DNA of 51,935 nucleotides from Deinococcales bacterium (GCA_031414595.1 JANNVX010000095.1:1-51935); one strand, 5' to 3'. Counted from the first letter of the stretch, positions 38,675 to 47,907 are shown. Notes: generated by a model not told the origin, from the letters alone. Made by a program: numbers and translations.

Positions 38675-39273
38675 TCGAGCATCACCCGCCCAGTCAAGGC
38701 TTTTTCAAGCATTTCTTTACCGCGAAAAACACGGCTTTTGGCTGTGCCAATAGCACAATTTTGTACTTGGGCAATTTCTTCGTAAGATTGATCCTGCATA
38801 AAACGGAGTAACACCGCACTGCGGTACTCCTCGGGTAACTCAAGCAATGCCGCCCGAACCCGTTCGGCATTTTGGGCAACTTCGGCGTTTTTGACTGCCG
38901 AGGTGGTGTTGGCGACAGGTTCATAGCCATGTTCTTCAAAGGCTTCCTCGAGCGAGAACTGCCCATGGCTTTTACGGCGGTGTTTTTCGATTTGCACATT
39001 GCGGGCAATGGTGTACAACCACGGTAAAAGCGGCTCACCAGCCCTGAATGTTCCAATGCCTTTCCAAGCCCTAAAAAACGTTTCTTGACATAAATCCAGT
39101 GCCTCTTCGTAATTGCCTTCCAAATGAAATAAATAATTCAGCATTCGGTCTTGGTGTAATCGAATTAAGCCTTCCCAAGCGGCTTGATCGCCAAGGCGCA
39201 ACTCGTTGAGCAATGAAAACTCGAGGCTATGGGATTCAGGGCGGGGCATGGTTTGAGCGGCAAAGTCCGACAC
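38671..39273 (-). CDS. ECF RNA polymerase sigma factor
   Basis: GDQAAWEGL, DLCQETFFRAW, WLYTIARN, SYEEIA...GTAKSRVFRG. Confidence 0.93.
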   Translation of the reverse strand: MSDFAAQTMPRPESHSLEFSLLNELRLGDQAAWEGLIRLHQDRMLNYLFHLEGNYEEALDLCQETFFRAWKGIGTFRAGEPLLPWLYTIARNVQIEKHRRKSHGQFSLEEAFEEHGYEPVANTTSAVKNAEVAQNAERVRAALLELPEEYRSAVLLRFMQDQSYEEIAQVQNCAIGTAKSRVFRGKEMLEKALTGRVMLE

Positions 39274-39317
39274 GATGACTATTCTACGCGCTTAAAGGAA
39301 AAAAAGTTCCCTTATCC

Positions 39318-39517
39318 TAGAGCCTCCGAAAAGTCCAAAATCCTAGAACCGAATATCAGAAAAGCAGGGCGAACACGGGGGTTCGCCCCTACAAAATACA
39401 TTTTTATGCCCTTTTTGTAGGGACAGGCGACCATGCCCGAAGGTGCGCGTTTATGGTCAAGACACCCCTGTGTCTGTCCTGTGCTAACGATAATTTTCCA
39501 TTCTTTCGGAGGCTCTA
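39318..39517. mobile_element. 200-bp MITE-like element with 14-bp TIRs and 9-bp target-site duplication
   Basis: TAGAGCCTCCGAAA at 39318-39331, its exact reverse complement at 39504-39517, and CCCTTATCC on both sides (39309-39317, 39518-39526). Confidence 0.85.
39366..39480. repeat. Pair of GTAG-type REP palindromes inside the MITE
   Basis: Minus strand GTAGGGGCGAAC-CCCCGT-GTTCGCCCT (39366-39392); plus strand GTAGGGACAGGC...GTCTGTCCT (39417-39480). Confidence 0.7.
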
Positions 39518-39520
39518 CCC

Positions 39521-39946
39521 TTATCCTTCCTGCCAAGCTGGTAATAATTCCTGCATGGCTGGTTCAAGCAGTGCATAGACTGCTTCGTAATCGGCAAAAG
39601 TGCCATACCACGGGTCTGGTACATCCATATGCTCGAGCATCGGTTTGATCGTGGCATTGGGAAAGCGCTGCTTTAACTGCCTTGCAATGATTTTGGTGGC
39701 GGCAAAAATTAGGTCAAAATCGGCATCAGAAGGCTGAACTTGCCGAGCGCTGTGCTTAAAGCCAGCGCTGTGCCGCTCGAGAATTCGGCGGGTGTTGGGG
39801 TGCATGTCCTGACCCGTGTGTTCAGCAGAAATACCAGCCGAATCTATTTCCCAATCCAAATGTTGTTCGGCAACCATGCGCCGTAAAATTCCTTCTGCCA
39901 TTGGGCTACGACAGATATTGCCATAACAGACAAACAAAACCCTCAT
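39521..39946 (-). CDS. Low-molecular-weight protein-tyrosine phosphatase
   Basis: VLFVCYGNICRSP P-loop, DSAG, DVPDPWYG. ATGA overlap with ilvA. Confidence 0.93.
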   Translation of the reverse strand: MRVLFVCYGNICRSPMAEGILRRMVAEQHLDWEIDSAGISAEHTGQDMHPNTRRILERHSAGFKHSARQVQPSDADFDLIFAATKIIARQLKQRFPNATIKPMLEHMDVPDPWYGTFADYEAVYALLEPAMQELLPAWQEG

Positions 39947-41172
39947 TCGAGCCAATCCCCTTGGACTTCGCGTGCCACATGATAGCCGTGCTGCTCGAGA
40001 TAGGTTTGGACATCCTGCCCGTGTTGAGTGTCACGGACTTCTAAGACCAACTCCACCCCAACTTTACCAAGCGGCGCAAGCCATAATGCCCGCCGATGGA
40101 AAATATCAATGATGTTTGCTCCAGCCTCGGCAACGCGGTCGGTAATCTGTGCCAATGCACCCGGGCGGTCAATCACCGCCACCTTAAACAGCACATAACG
40201 CCCTTGGCGCACCATCACCTGCTCGAGAACCCGCGCCAGTAGGTTTGGATCTATGTTACCACCACACAAAAGCGCACAGATGGTTTGACCAGTCTTAAAC
40301 TCGATTTTGCCAGATAAAAGTGCGGCTAAGCCAGCCGCACCCGCCCCTTCGACCACCAATCTGGCACTGGAAACACTGTGGGCAATGGCTCTGGCAATCT
40401 CGTCGTCTGTGACCTCGAGAACATCGTCTACCAAATTTTTAATAATTGGTAAGGTCAATTCACCGGGGCGTTTGACGGCAATGCCGTCAGCAATGGTTTG
40501 AGCTGCCATGACTGCTATCGGCGAACCAGCCGCTAAACTTGGTTTAATCGAAGCGCACCCCGAAGCCTGCACCCCAATAATCTGGGTGCTTGGTCTAAGC
40601 GCCTTAATTGCCGTGGCAATCCCAGCAATTAAACCGCCGCCGCCAATTGGCACAAGTACAATATCCAAATTGGGCAGTGCTTCGAGTATTTCTAAACCCA
40701 GTGTGCCTTGCCCAGCCATAATCAGGGGGTCGTTAAAGGCATGAACAAAAGTAAACCCATGCTCAGATGCTAAGTTGAGAGCATGTTGTGCCGCATCATC
40801 AAAACTTGCTCCCTCGAGAATCACGGTCGCGCCGTAACTGCGGGTGGCTTGGATTTTGGTTAGGGGCGCAAAAGTTGGCATCACAATTGTGGCTTCTACC
40901 CCATGCAGTGCCGCCGCCATTGCCACACCTTGGGCATGATTGCCCGCCGATGGTGCAATCACCCCTTTTTTTCGTTCGGCTTCGGTCAGGCAAGAAATTT
41001 TATTAAACGCTCCGCGCACCTTAAAACTACCGCTTTTTTGTAAGCACTCGGCTTTTAAGAAGACAGGTGTTCCCAAAGTCTTAGAAAGCTGGTCATCACG
41101 CAGCATCGGCGTTAAATTGATACTATTTTTTACCCGCTCACGGGCTGCAAGAATATCTTCGAGTTGAATCAT
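39943..41172 (-). CDS. ilvA: Threonine ammonia-lyase (with C-terminal ACT domain)
   Basis: GSFKVRGA PLP lysine, SAGNHAQGVA, PIGGGGLIAG, DRPGAL. Confidence 0.92.
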   Translation of the reverse strand: MIQLEDILAARERVKNSINLTPMLRDDQLSKTLGTPVFLKAECLQKSGSFKVRGAFNKISCLTEAERKKGVIAPSAGNHAQGVAMAAALHGVEATIVMPTFAPLTKIQATRSYGATVILEGASFDDAAQHALNLASEHGFTFVHAFNDPLIMAGQGTLGLEILEALPNLDIVLVPIGGGGLIAGIATAIKALRPSTQIIGVQASGCASIKPSLAAGSPIAVMAAQTIADGIAVKRPGELTLPIIKNLVDDVLEVTDDEIARAIAHSVSSARLVVEGAGAAGLAALLSGKIEFKTGQTICALLCGGNIDPNLLARVLEQVMVRQGRYVLFKVAVIDRPGALAQITDRVAEAGANIIDIFHRRALWLAPLGKVGVELVLEVRDTQHGQDVQTYLEQHGYHVAREVQGDWLE

Positions 41173-41309
41173 GGCGACAGTCTAAAACGTCACAACCCCT
41201 AAGAGCAACAATAAGCAATCGCGTTTTATAAACCAAGAGCGACCTGTGCATGGTCGCAGAGTTGCTGGTTAAAGACCCGATTGTGGGGCTTTAATGCTGA
41301 TTGTTCCCT

Positions 41310-41732
41310 TTATCTTTTTTTGGCAATCACTGGTTCTTCTTTCTGGTTTGTGGCTTGTTCGGTGGGTTTTAGTAGCTTGGTCTCGAGTTTCGGGCTTGAT
41401 TTTTGAATCACTTGAACACTCCCAGAGCCAAAATACGCCCCTAAAGCATCTGCTACCCAATCCCAAAAGCTGGCATCACGCATTGGCACAAAACTTTGAT
41501 GGATTTCATCGGTGATGCCGTACAGGGCGGCAATTAAAAACCCAATCCGAGGATGATTAAAGGCTTTGGCAAATAAAAACCCAAGCAGTGCAAAACTAAA
41601 AAAATGAGCTGCTTTATCATATGGGGCTGGTAGCCCAACTTCTGCCCCAGATCGACTCGAGAAAGCCCAGATTAACCCGACATGTAAAAACGCCAGAAAC
41701 CACCATCCGAGCTTAAAGTAATTGCGTATCAC
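41310..41732 (-). CDS. VanZ-family membrane protein
   Basis: DKAAHF, YGITDEIHQSFVPMRDAS..DWVADALG. GTG start inferred. Confidence 0.85.
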   Translation of the reverse strand: MIRNYFKLGWWFLAFLHVGLIWAFSSRSGAEVGLPAPYDKAAHFFSFALLGFLFAKAFNHPRIGFLIAALYGITDEIHQSFVPMRDASFWDWVADALGAYFGSGSVQVIQKSSPKLETKLLKPTEQATNQKEEPVIAKKR

Positions 41733-41812
41733 CTTGGATGTATTGTAACCCAGAAAAGAGGAAAAGAGCTTCTGGTACAACTTTCTGGCGCACACATGGG
41801 CATATCACCAGT

Positions 41813-42223
41813 TCACACATGGGCGTGTTCCACCAATTCAATCAATGTTCCAGCACTCCACTTGGGATGTAAAAACACCACCCTTGTGCCAGCCCGTCCT
41901 GCTCGAGGTTCTTGATTGATAAAAACTGCACCCTCTGTCTCGAGCCGCAGAATTTCTGTCTCGAGGTTATCTACCCGCAAGGCAATGTGGTGTATTCCCG
42001 CGCCACGTTTCTCGAGAAAGACTGCTATCGGGCTGCTTGGGTCTGTTGGGGCAAGCAATTCAATTAGGCTATCACCAGCCAAAAATGCCCGAACCAAAAC
42101 TTTTTGGCTAGGCACTTCTTCGTCTGGCAGTGCGGTTAAACCAATCGCTAAATAAGGAACACTAGCAAGCTCCAAGTTCGGCGTGGCAATACCAATATGA
42201 TCTATCGGATAAGGAAGCGGCAT
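41813..42223 (-). CDS. mce: Methylmalonyl-CoA epimerase
   Basis: IDHIGIA, IELLAP, FLEKRGAGIHHIAL, FLHPK..GTLIELVE. Confidence 0.9.
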   Translation of the reverse strand: MPLPYPIDHIGIATPNLELASVPYLAIGLTALPDEEVPSQKVLVRAFLAGDSLIELLAPTDPSSPIAVFLEKRGAGIHHIALRVDNLETEILRLETEGAVFINQEPRAGRAGTRVVFLHPKWSAGTLIELVEHAHV

Positions 42224-42265
42224 CAGAAAAAGGGAAAAAGTACGAAACCTTTTTCCCTACACTCC

Positions 42266-42721
42266 TTATGCTTGGGCTTGAGCGGCTGGGCTTGGAACGC
42301 CTTCAAGGGTGGCGTAATCGTCTTGGAAGTGAACCAGTGCGCCACCAAAAATGGTTTCAAAGAGTTCTTCTGGAAACGGCATAAACGACGGGTAGAAACC
42401 GATGTACTCGAGGAACATATTGCCGTCCTCGTCCATGCTGCGGGTAAAAGCCCGTTCACGGTTACGGACAGTCAGCATTTCGACAACTTGCGCCCGACGA
42501 CCACGGTACTGGTTATGGGTTACACAAGTAATCTCGAGGCGACTTGTGCCACCTTGGGCATCGTTGAGGCTAAGAATTACGCCAGCGTCGCCCATTTCAA
42601 ACTTCCAGTTCATGCGAATAAAGCGGTTCTGCTCTTGCTGTTCGATTTCGTGGTTGACATCGCGTTTTTTGAGGTACGCCGAGAGGGTTTCAAGGGTCAG
42701 TAATGGGGTTATGTCTGCCAT
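42266..42721 (-). CDS. YbjN-like hypothetical protein
   Basis: 151-aa ORF with a -10 box (TACACT) upstream; the fold guess is by eye. Confidence 0.55.
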   Translation of the reverse strand: MADITPLLTLETLSAYLKKRDVNHEIEQQEQNRFIRMNWKFEMGDAGVILSLNDAQGGTSRLEITCVTHNQYRGRRAQVVEMLTVRNRERAFTRSMDEDGNMFLEYIGFYPSFMPFPEELFETIFGGALVHFQDDYATLEGVPSPAAQAQA

Positions 42722-42778
42722 AGCTTGCAGAGTGTACCAGTTTGAGGGCAGGGTTAAAAGGTCAAAAGGTTTGCGCCT

Positions 42779-43138
42779 TTACCTTTTGACCTTAATCTGG
42801 GCTAAGGCTTCATGAAAACTCAGTTCACCGCGTTCAAGTTGGGTCAGGACATCATCTGAGGTTTGTGGGTCGGCTTCGCCTAGGGCTTCGACAATCGCAT
42901 CTAGTCTGGCTCTGGCAGTGTTGTAACTGACACCGAGGGCTTCGGCGAGGCGTTGGACGTTGCCACGAAAACGCAGCAGTAAGCCAGCAAACTCGAGTTG
43001 TTCAAAGGTCAGTTTACCAACCCATCCCAAGGCAAATTCGCCTTCTAGCACAAGCCCACGTTGTTTATTCTCGAGCCTTGTTACAATCAGTTCTTCGCCT
43101 GTTATTGGGTCTTTGGTGATGAGTGGATACTTATTCAT
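42779..43138 (-). CDS. DUF2089-family protein (HTH plus SHOCT-like tail)
   Basis: EGEF, LTFEQLEF, RGNV..LAEALGVSYNTARARLD, VLTQLERGELSFHEAL. Confidence 0.85.
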   Translation of the reverse strand: MNKYPLITKDPITGEELIVTRLENKQRGLVLEGEFALGWVGKLTFEQLEFAGLLLRFRGNVQRLAEALGVSYNTARARLDAIVEALGEADPQTSDDVLTQLERGELSFHEALAQIKVKR

Positions 43139-44466
43139 GGCTCGAGTTTACCGAGTTCGGCTTGCAATTGCGAAATCAGGTCTTGTAAGCCTTGGCGCTC
43201 AGGTTCTTCTTGGGTGACTCCAAGGGCGGCGTTGGTATCTGCAAGGAGTTCTTCAAGGGCGTTCTTCTTTTGGGTTGGCTCGAGGTCAGCAAGTTGTTCT
43301 TGAAAATCATAAGCGCTGTCTATAATTAAGGGTGTTGGACTCGGGTCTGGTTCTGCATATTCAACTCGAGTTTCGGTAGTGACTGAGGTACGGGTTTTTG
43401 TGACAGTTTGTGGTTTATTGACTTGTCCGTATTCGGCTGCAAATTCGGCACGGGCTTCTTCGAGTTCGCTTAGGGCTTCGGCAAGTTCTTCATGGGCTTC
43501 TTCGAGTTCTTCATGGGCTTCGGCTAGGGTTTCATGGGCTTCTTCAAGTTCTTCTAGGATTTCCTCGAGTTGTTCTTCACGGCGTTCTCGTTCTTTATTG
43601 CTTTTGGCTTGTGCCAGTTGTTCAGCAATCACGGCTTGTTTGGCTTGAATACGGGCAATTTCACGTTGCTGGTTGGTAATCTCGCGTTCTTTTTCGGCAA
43701 ATTCGCGGTGTTGTTCGGCAATCTCTCGTTCTTTTTCGCGCAACTCGCGTTCGGCTTCGCGTTGTTCACGCATCTGTTCGCGTTGGTATCTAAATTCTTC
43801 ACGTTGCTGGCGGATTCGGTCTTTGTTGCCTTCAATGCTTAGGCTTTCCATATCGAGCAGTCCAGAGTCGTGCATTTCACGAATGTATTGTGGTTTGACT
43901 CCGTGCTGGGCTAAGCGAGTGACTTGTTCTAAACTGAGCGGCTCGAGACCCAATTCTTGTTTAATCTGTAAAAGTTCCTCAACATAGGCTGGTTTAACTC
44001 CAAATTGGGCAAGCCTGATGATTTCTTGTAAAGTTAAAGGCTGATTTTCGATTTGGCTAAAAATATCTTGTAACTGACGTACATACTCGGGTTTAACGCC
44101 GTGCTGACCAAGGCGCAGGATGTCTTGGAATGCAATATTATCCAGCCCAGCTTCGCGCAGTTTTGTCACATAATCGGGTTTGATGCCAAATTGTCCAAGT
44201 TGAACAATCTGATCGAAACTAAAAACCCCCTGATTGCCACTTAAAGGTCTGCCAGAACGTGAAGCTGTCATGCGCGGCATAGGAGGAACGGGAGGAACAG
44301 GTGGCACGGGTGGAATTGGGGCGACTCGAGGCACGGGCATAACAAATGCTTCTTCGTTTGGCGTGATGTTTTGGCTGGCTTGTAGTGTCTCGAGCAATTC
44401 TTGGGCTTGCTCGGGGGTGATTGCGCCTTTTTCGACCAACTCGAGGATACGGGTTTCTTGTTTCAT
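43135..44466 (-). CDS. Repeat/coiled-coil protein with N-terminal SHOCT-like motif
   Basis: RILELVEKGAITPEQAQELL, PPV repeats, four G(I/V)KPxY repeats, acidic heptads. AAGGAG RBS. Confidence 0.8.
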   Translation of the reverse strand: MKQETRILELVEKGAITPEQAQELLETLQASQNITPNEEAFVMPVPRVAPIPPVPPVPPVPPMPRMTASRSGRPLSGNQGVFSFDQIVQLGQFGIKPDYVTKLREAGLDNIAFQDILRLGQHGVKPEYVRQLQDIFSQIENQPLTLQEIIRLAQFGVKPAYVEELLQIKQELGLEPLSLEQVTRLAQHGVKPQYIREMHDSGLLDMESLSIEGNKDRIRQQREEFRYQREQMREQREAERELREKEREIAEQHREFAEKEREITNQQREIARIQAKQAVIAEQLAQAKSNKERERREEQLEEILEELEEAHETLAEAHEELEEAHEELAEALSELEEARAEFAAEYGQVNKPQTVTKTRTSVTTETRVEYAEPDPSPTPLIIDSAYDFQEQLADLEPTQKKNALEELLADTNAALGVTQEEPERQGLQDLISQLQAELGKLEP

Positions 44467-44758
44467 ACTATTCTCCTTGGCAATAATCTATAAAACTTAT
44501 AGCATATATTTGCTTATGTTTTGAAATTTGTCAAGTCTTATAGAAAAAGAATAACTATCAACTCGAGAAAATTGCCTGCAAATTCAGAATCCATACCGTC
44601 ACAAAAGTAATAAACAGCATTAAGCGTCAATCTATCTGAATTCTCGAGTCAAATTATTTTATCAAATCTTTTGGCACTTATCTGCAAAACTCCGTCTCAA
44701 GCCATACCAACATTTCCAAGATTCACTTCAAAAGCCATAAAATGGTAATCTCTGCCCG

Positions 44759-45628
44759 ATGGCAAGTAAATCAAGTGCATTTAGCACCTTACCGCAACGA
44801 CTTTTTTGGTCACTGATTGCCTTTGGCACAGTCGTGGTCTGTACTTGGGCTGGCTGGATTAGCCTAACCCTAATGATTGCGGTGGCGGTTGGCGTGGGCT
44901 TGTACGAATTTCGCAACATGGCACGCAAGGCTGGTCTGGCAGTTGGTGGGCGTAGTGTCTATGTCTTTGCGATGCTGATGCTGCTTGCCAGTCAACCGTG
45001 GCTGCGCGATGGCATCTGGGTTATTCCAGCCAAAATCCCGTGGCGCGAAATTGTGATGTGGGCATATCTGATGTGGGTGATGATTGTCGAAGTGGTGCGC
45101 CCATCCGAACGCCCATTAGAGCGCATCATGACCAGTTTATTTGGAATGTTGTATATTCCGTTTTTACTCTCGTTTGGTTTGTTACTGCGCTATTATCCAA
45201 ACGGTGTGCTTGGTTTTTGGTACGCGATTATTGCTGCGGTTGGCGCATATGCCTCGGATACGGGCGCGTATATTTTTGGTGGCTTATTTGGCAAACGCAA
45301 ACTTGCCCCCGAAATCAGCCCCAACAAAACCCTCGAGGGTGCAATTGGTGGCATGGCATTTAGCGCCCTGATGGTTTTTGTCTTGCAAGAAGCAATTCGC
45401 AGCTTTATCCCCGAAGTGCGGGTCTGGGAAATTTGGCTTTTTGCAATTTTGGTGTCCTCCGCCGCCCAACTTGGCGACCTCGCCGAAAGCGTGATTAAAC
45501 GCAGTCTAGGTGCAAAAGACAGTGGCACATTTTTGCCCGGACACGGTGGGCTACTTGACCGCATAGACAGTTTGCTGTTTGCCTTACCCGTAGCGTATTA
45601 CTTTTTAAGCGTGGCAGTCTTTAGCTAA
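44759..45628 (+). CDS. cdsA: Phosphatidate cytidylyltransferase
   Basis: SDTGAY, ISPNKTLEG, GDLAESVIKR...KDSG.FLPGHGGLLDRIDS. Confidence 0.95.
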   Translation: MASKSSAFSTLPQRLFWSLIAFGTVVVCTWAGWISLTLMIAVAVGVGLYEFRNMARKAGLAVGGRSVYVFAMLMLLASQPWLRDGIWVIPAKIPWREIVMWAYLMWVMIVEVVRPSERPLERIMTSLFGMLYIPFLLSFGLLLRYYPNGVLGFWYAIIAAVGAYASDTGAYIFGGLFGKRKLAPEISPNKTLEGAIGGMAFSALMVFVLQEAIRSFIPEVRVWEIWLFAILVSSAAQLGDLAESVIKRSLGAKDSGTFLPGHGGLLDRIDSLLFALPVAYYFLSVAVFS

Positions 45629-46137
45629 TGATTTCAATTCGCAACCTCGAGCCAACCGATGCCCAAGCCTTCAAGGACTTGCGAATTTATGCCATGCAGG
45701 AATCCCCCCGTGCTTTTGGCTCAAGTGTACCCGACGAAGAACAACGCAGTTTAGAGAGCATCAAAACGATGTTCTCGAGCCACCCATCATTTGGGCTTGG
45801 GGTGTTTGATTTTGGTACTTTGATTGGGCTTGCCCGTTGTGAATGCTCGGAGCGAATCAAGACCAAGCACAAAGCCGATATTTACAGTGTCTACATTCAC
45901 CCAAATTACCGAGGACAAGGACTGGCTCGGCGTTTACTCGAGCAGTTGATTGCCCAAGCCAAAGCCATAAACGGACTCGAGACGTTGCTATTGGCGGTAT
46001 CCGAACACAATGCCCCAGCCTTAGCCTTGTACCAGTCTTTGGGCTTTGTCACATGGGGAAAAGAACCAGATGCCTTGCGCCACGCAGGGGAAAGCCTAAC
46101 CGAGATTTTTATGCGTCTCGAGTTGCGAAAAAAGTAA
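45628..46137 (+). CDS. GNAT-family N-acetyltransferase
   Basis: VYIHPNYRGQGLA, NAPALALYQSLGF. Confidence 0.92.
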   Translation: MISIRNLEPTDAQAFKDLRIYAMQESPRAFGSSVPDEEQRSLESIKTMFSSHPSFGLGVFDFGTLIGLARCECSERIKTKHKADIYSVYIHPNYRGQGLARRLLEQLIAQAKAINGLETLLLAVSEHNAPALALYQSLGFVTWGKEPDALRHAGESLTEIFMRLELRKK

Positions 46138-46252
46138 GTTGAGAGTATGAAAAAATCTCTTTGATGGATGCAACCCAAACTGTCTGTTGTCATGCTTGGC
46201 ACGTTAGGTTGCTTATTCCCGAGTAATTGCACACCATTTGCCCAGAATGTGA

Positions 46253-46465
46253 TTTGGTATCAAGAATCAGGTATCGAAAACCATTAAATATTTCCAACTC
46301 AAGCGTTTGCACCGCCCGTTTCAACGATGTTTAGGTTTACAAAACATCGAAGGTTTGGGCTTGGCATTGGTGGATAGTATTGTCAAACAGCATTCAGGTA
46401 CACTCGAGTTACATCGTGCCAAACAAGGTGGTTTATTGGTTCGACTGATTTCACCTCTAGCCTAA
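46253..46465 (+). pseudogene. Remnant of a sensor histidine kinase C-terminus (HATPase_c)
   Basis: A frame bounded upstream by a stop reads ..QLKRLHRPFQR..EGLGLALVDSIVKQHSGTLEL..GGLLVRLISPLA*. Confidence 0.7.
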
Positions 46466-46506
46466 AAAAGAACCGCCGAGCGAGGGGTACGCTACAAGCG
46501 GTTCTT
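46464..46506 (-). terminator. Terminator of the small heat-shock gene
   Basis: AAGAACCGC...GCGGTTCTT with a T run on the minus strand. Confidence 0.65.
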
Positions 46507-46518
46507 GTGGTGCTGGTT

Positions 46519-46923
46519 TTAAGATTGAATGCTATTAATCGCAATTCGTTTGGCTTGGCTTTCGGGGGCTTTGGGAATTTTAACCGTTAAAACACCGTTT
46601 TCTAAGTTGGCTTGTATGTTGTCATACAAAATTCGCACTGGGATTTGCACCACCCGCTTTTGTTCGCCACTCCCCCGTTCACGCCACAGCACTTTTGTGC
46701 CTTCTGGGGTGATTTCCTCGAGTTTGGCGCTCAGGGTCAAGACATTGCGCTCGAGTTGGAGTTCAACATTTTCGGGACTGACACCGGGCAGATTGACTTT
46801 AACCAGCACCGCATCAGCAGTTTCAAAAACATCGGTATCAGAATTTCTGGTTTTGCCAGTACGCTCGAAGTCGGCAAGAACGGCATCCATTAACTTCCAA
46901 GGGTTTGTATTGATTCGCATCAT
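46519..46923 (-). CDS. Hsp20/alpha-crystallin small heat-shock protein
   Basis: DVFET, LPGV, ERGSG, ANLENGVLTVKIPK. AAGGAG RBS. Confidence 0.93.
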   Translation of the reverse strand: MMRINTNPWKLMDAVLADFERTGKTRNSDTDVFETADAVLVKVNLPGVSPENVELQLERNVLTLSAKLEEITPEGTKVLWRERGSGEQKRVVQIPVRILYDNIQANLENGVLTVKIPKAPESQAKRIAINSIQS

Positions 46924-46963
46924 AAGTATTTCTCCTTTTGTCGCTGATTTAGGTATCAGCAAA

Positions 46964-47001
46964 CTTGAGTGTATTATGCTCAGATTTTAGGAGTTTGTCA
47001 A
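46964..47001 (-). promoter_or_regulatory. Promoter TTGACA-17-CATAAT overlapped by a HAIR-like (HspR) operator CTTGAGT-N7-GCTCAGA
   Basis: -35 at 46996-47001, -10 at 46973-46978, operator at 46964-46984. Confidence 0.7.
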
Positions 47002-47158
47002 GTCTAATTACTTTAGCTTAGTGGTTCGGAAATTATTTACTGGCTCGAGAAACCCAAGTTTAGGTAGAACGACACGAACTACAAGCTCGAGAAGAAACCA
47101 CGATTACACACTCGGCAGTAATCTTGAGGCTATCGCCAACGAAAAATCAGGGCGACTC

Positions 47159-47217
47159 TTGACTTTTTGAACATGTTCAAGTAAATTATGAACATGTTCA
47201 ATTTGAACGAATTCAAA
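47159..47217 (+). promoter_or_regulatory. Promoter TTGACT-17-TAAATT with three TetR-type palindromes (TGAACATGTTCA x2, TGAACGAATTCA)
   Basis: Palindromes at 47167-47180, 47189-47200 and 47202-47217. Confidence 0.8.
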
Positions 47218-47907
47218 AACTCTAACTCGAGCCAAGCCGCGCAGCCCAAAAGCAAAGCCGAACTCACCCGCGCTCAGATTCTAAGCACCGCCCTTGGTTT
47301 ATTCCGCGAAAAAGGTTTTGACACCACCACCATGCGCGATATTGCCTCGGCTTGCAGTATGGCGGTCGGCACGGCGTACCATCATTTTGATAGCAAAGAA
47401 GCAATTGTGGCAGCCTACTACGAAGCCGTACAACTCGAGCATAGCGTGGCAGTTGCAACCTACAACCAAGAAAAGCACAACTTAAAGCAAAAACTCGAGC
47501 AAGCCTTCTTTTCAAAACTCGAGATTGTGCAGCACGACCAAAAACTTTTGGGAGTGATTATGCGCTATGTCGGTGATGCCGAGCATCCGCTTTCGATTTT
47601 TGGGCAGAGAACCAGCCATTTGCGCCAAGCTGGAACAGCTATTTTTGCAGTGGTTTTAGAGGATGAAAAACTGCCAGAACACTTGGGTGAACTCGCCCCG
47701 ACTGCTTTCTGGGCGCTGCAAATGGGAATGCTGCTCTATTTTTTACATGACCAAAGCGGCGGCGAGCAGACCAAAAAACTGGTTAGCGGCGCTTTGGATT
47801 TAACGCTGCAACTCTTAAAACTAAGCCGTCAGCCACTAATTCAACCACTTGCTCGACCTGTGTTTCAAAAAATCAGTGCATTACTTCGCAACCACGGACT
47901 GATCTAA
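47188..47907 (+). CDS. TetR/AcrR-family transcriptional regulator
   Basis: ILSTALGLFREKGFDTTTMRDIA...GTAYHHFDSKEAI. The true start may be 47194. Confidence 0.93.
   Translation: MNMFNLNEFKNSNSSQAAQPKSKAELTRAQILSTALGLFREKGFDTTTMRDIASACSMAVGTAYHHFDSKEAIVAAYYEAVQLEHSVAVATYNQEKHNLKQKLEQAFFSKLEIVQHDQKLLGVIMRYVGDAEHPLSIFGQRTSHLRQAGTAIFAVVLEDEKLPEHLGELAPTAFWALQMGMLLYFLHDQSGGEQTKKLVSGALDLTLQLLKLSRQPLIQPLARPVFQKISALLRNHGLI

Noticed and set aside
39312-39536. 74-aa ORF across the MITE as a transposase remnant
   Set aside because: It has no DDE or HUH motifs and is an incidental frame across palindromic DNA.
44540-44750. Possible ncRNA in the AT-rich region before cdsA
   Set aside because: I see no stable hairpin, terminator or known motif; it is consistent with divergent promoter DNA.
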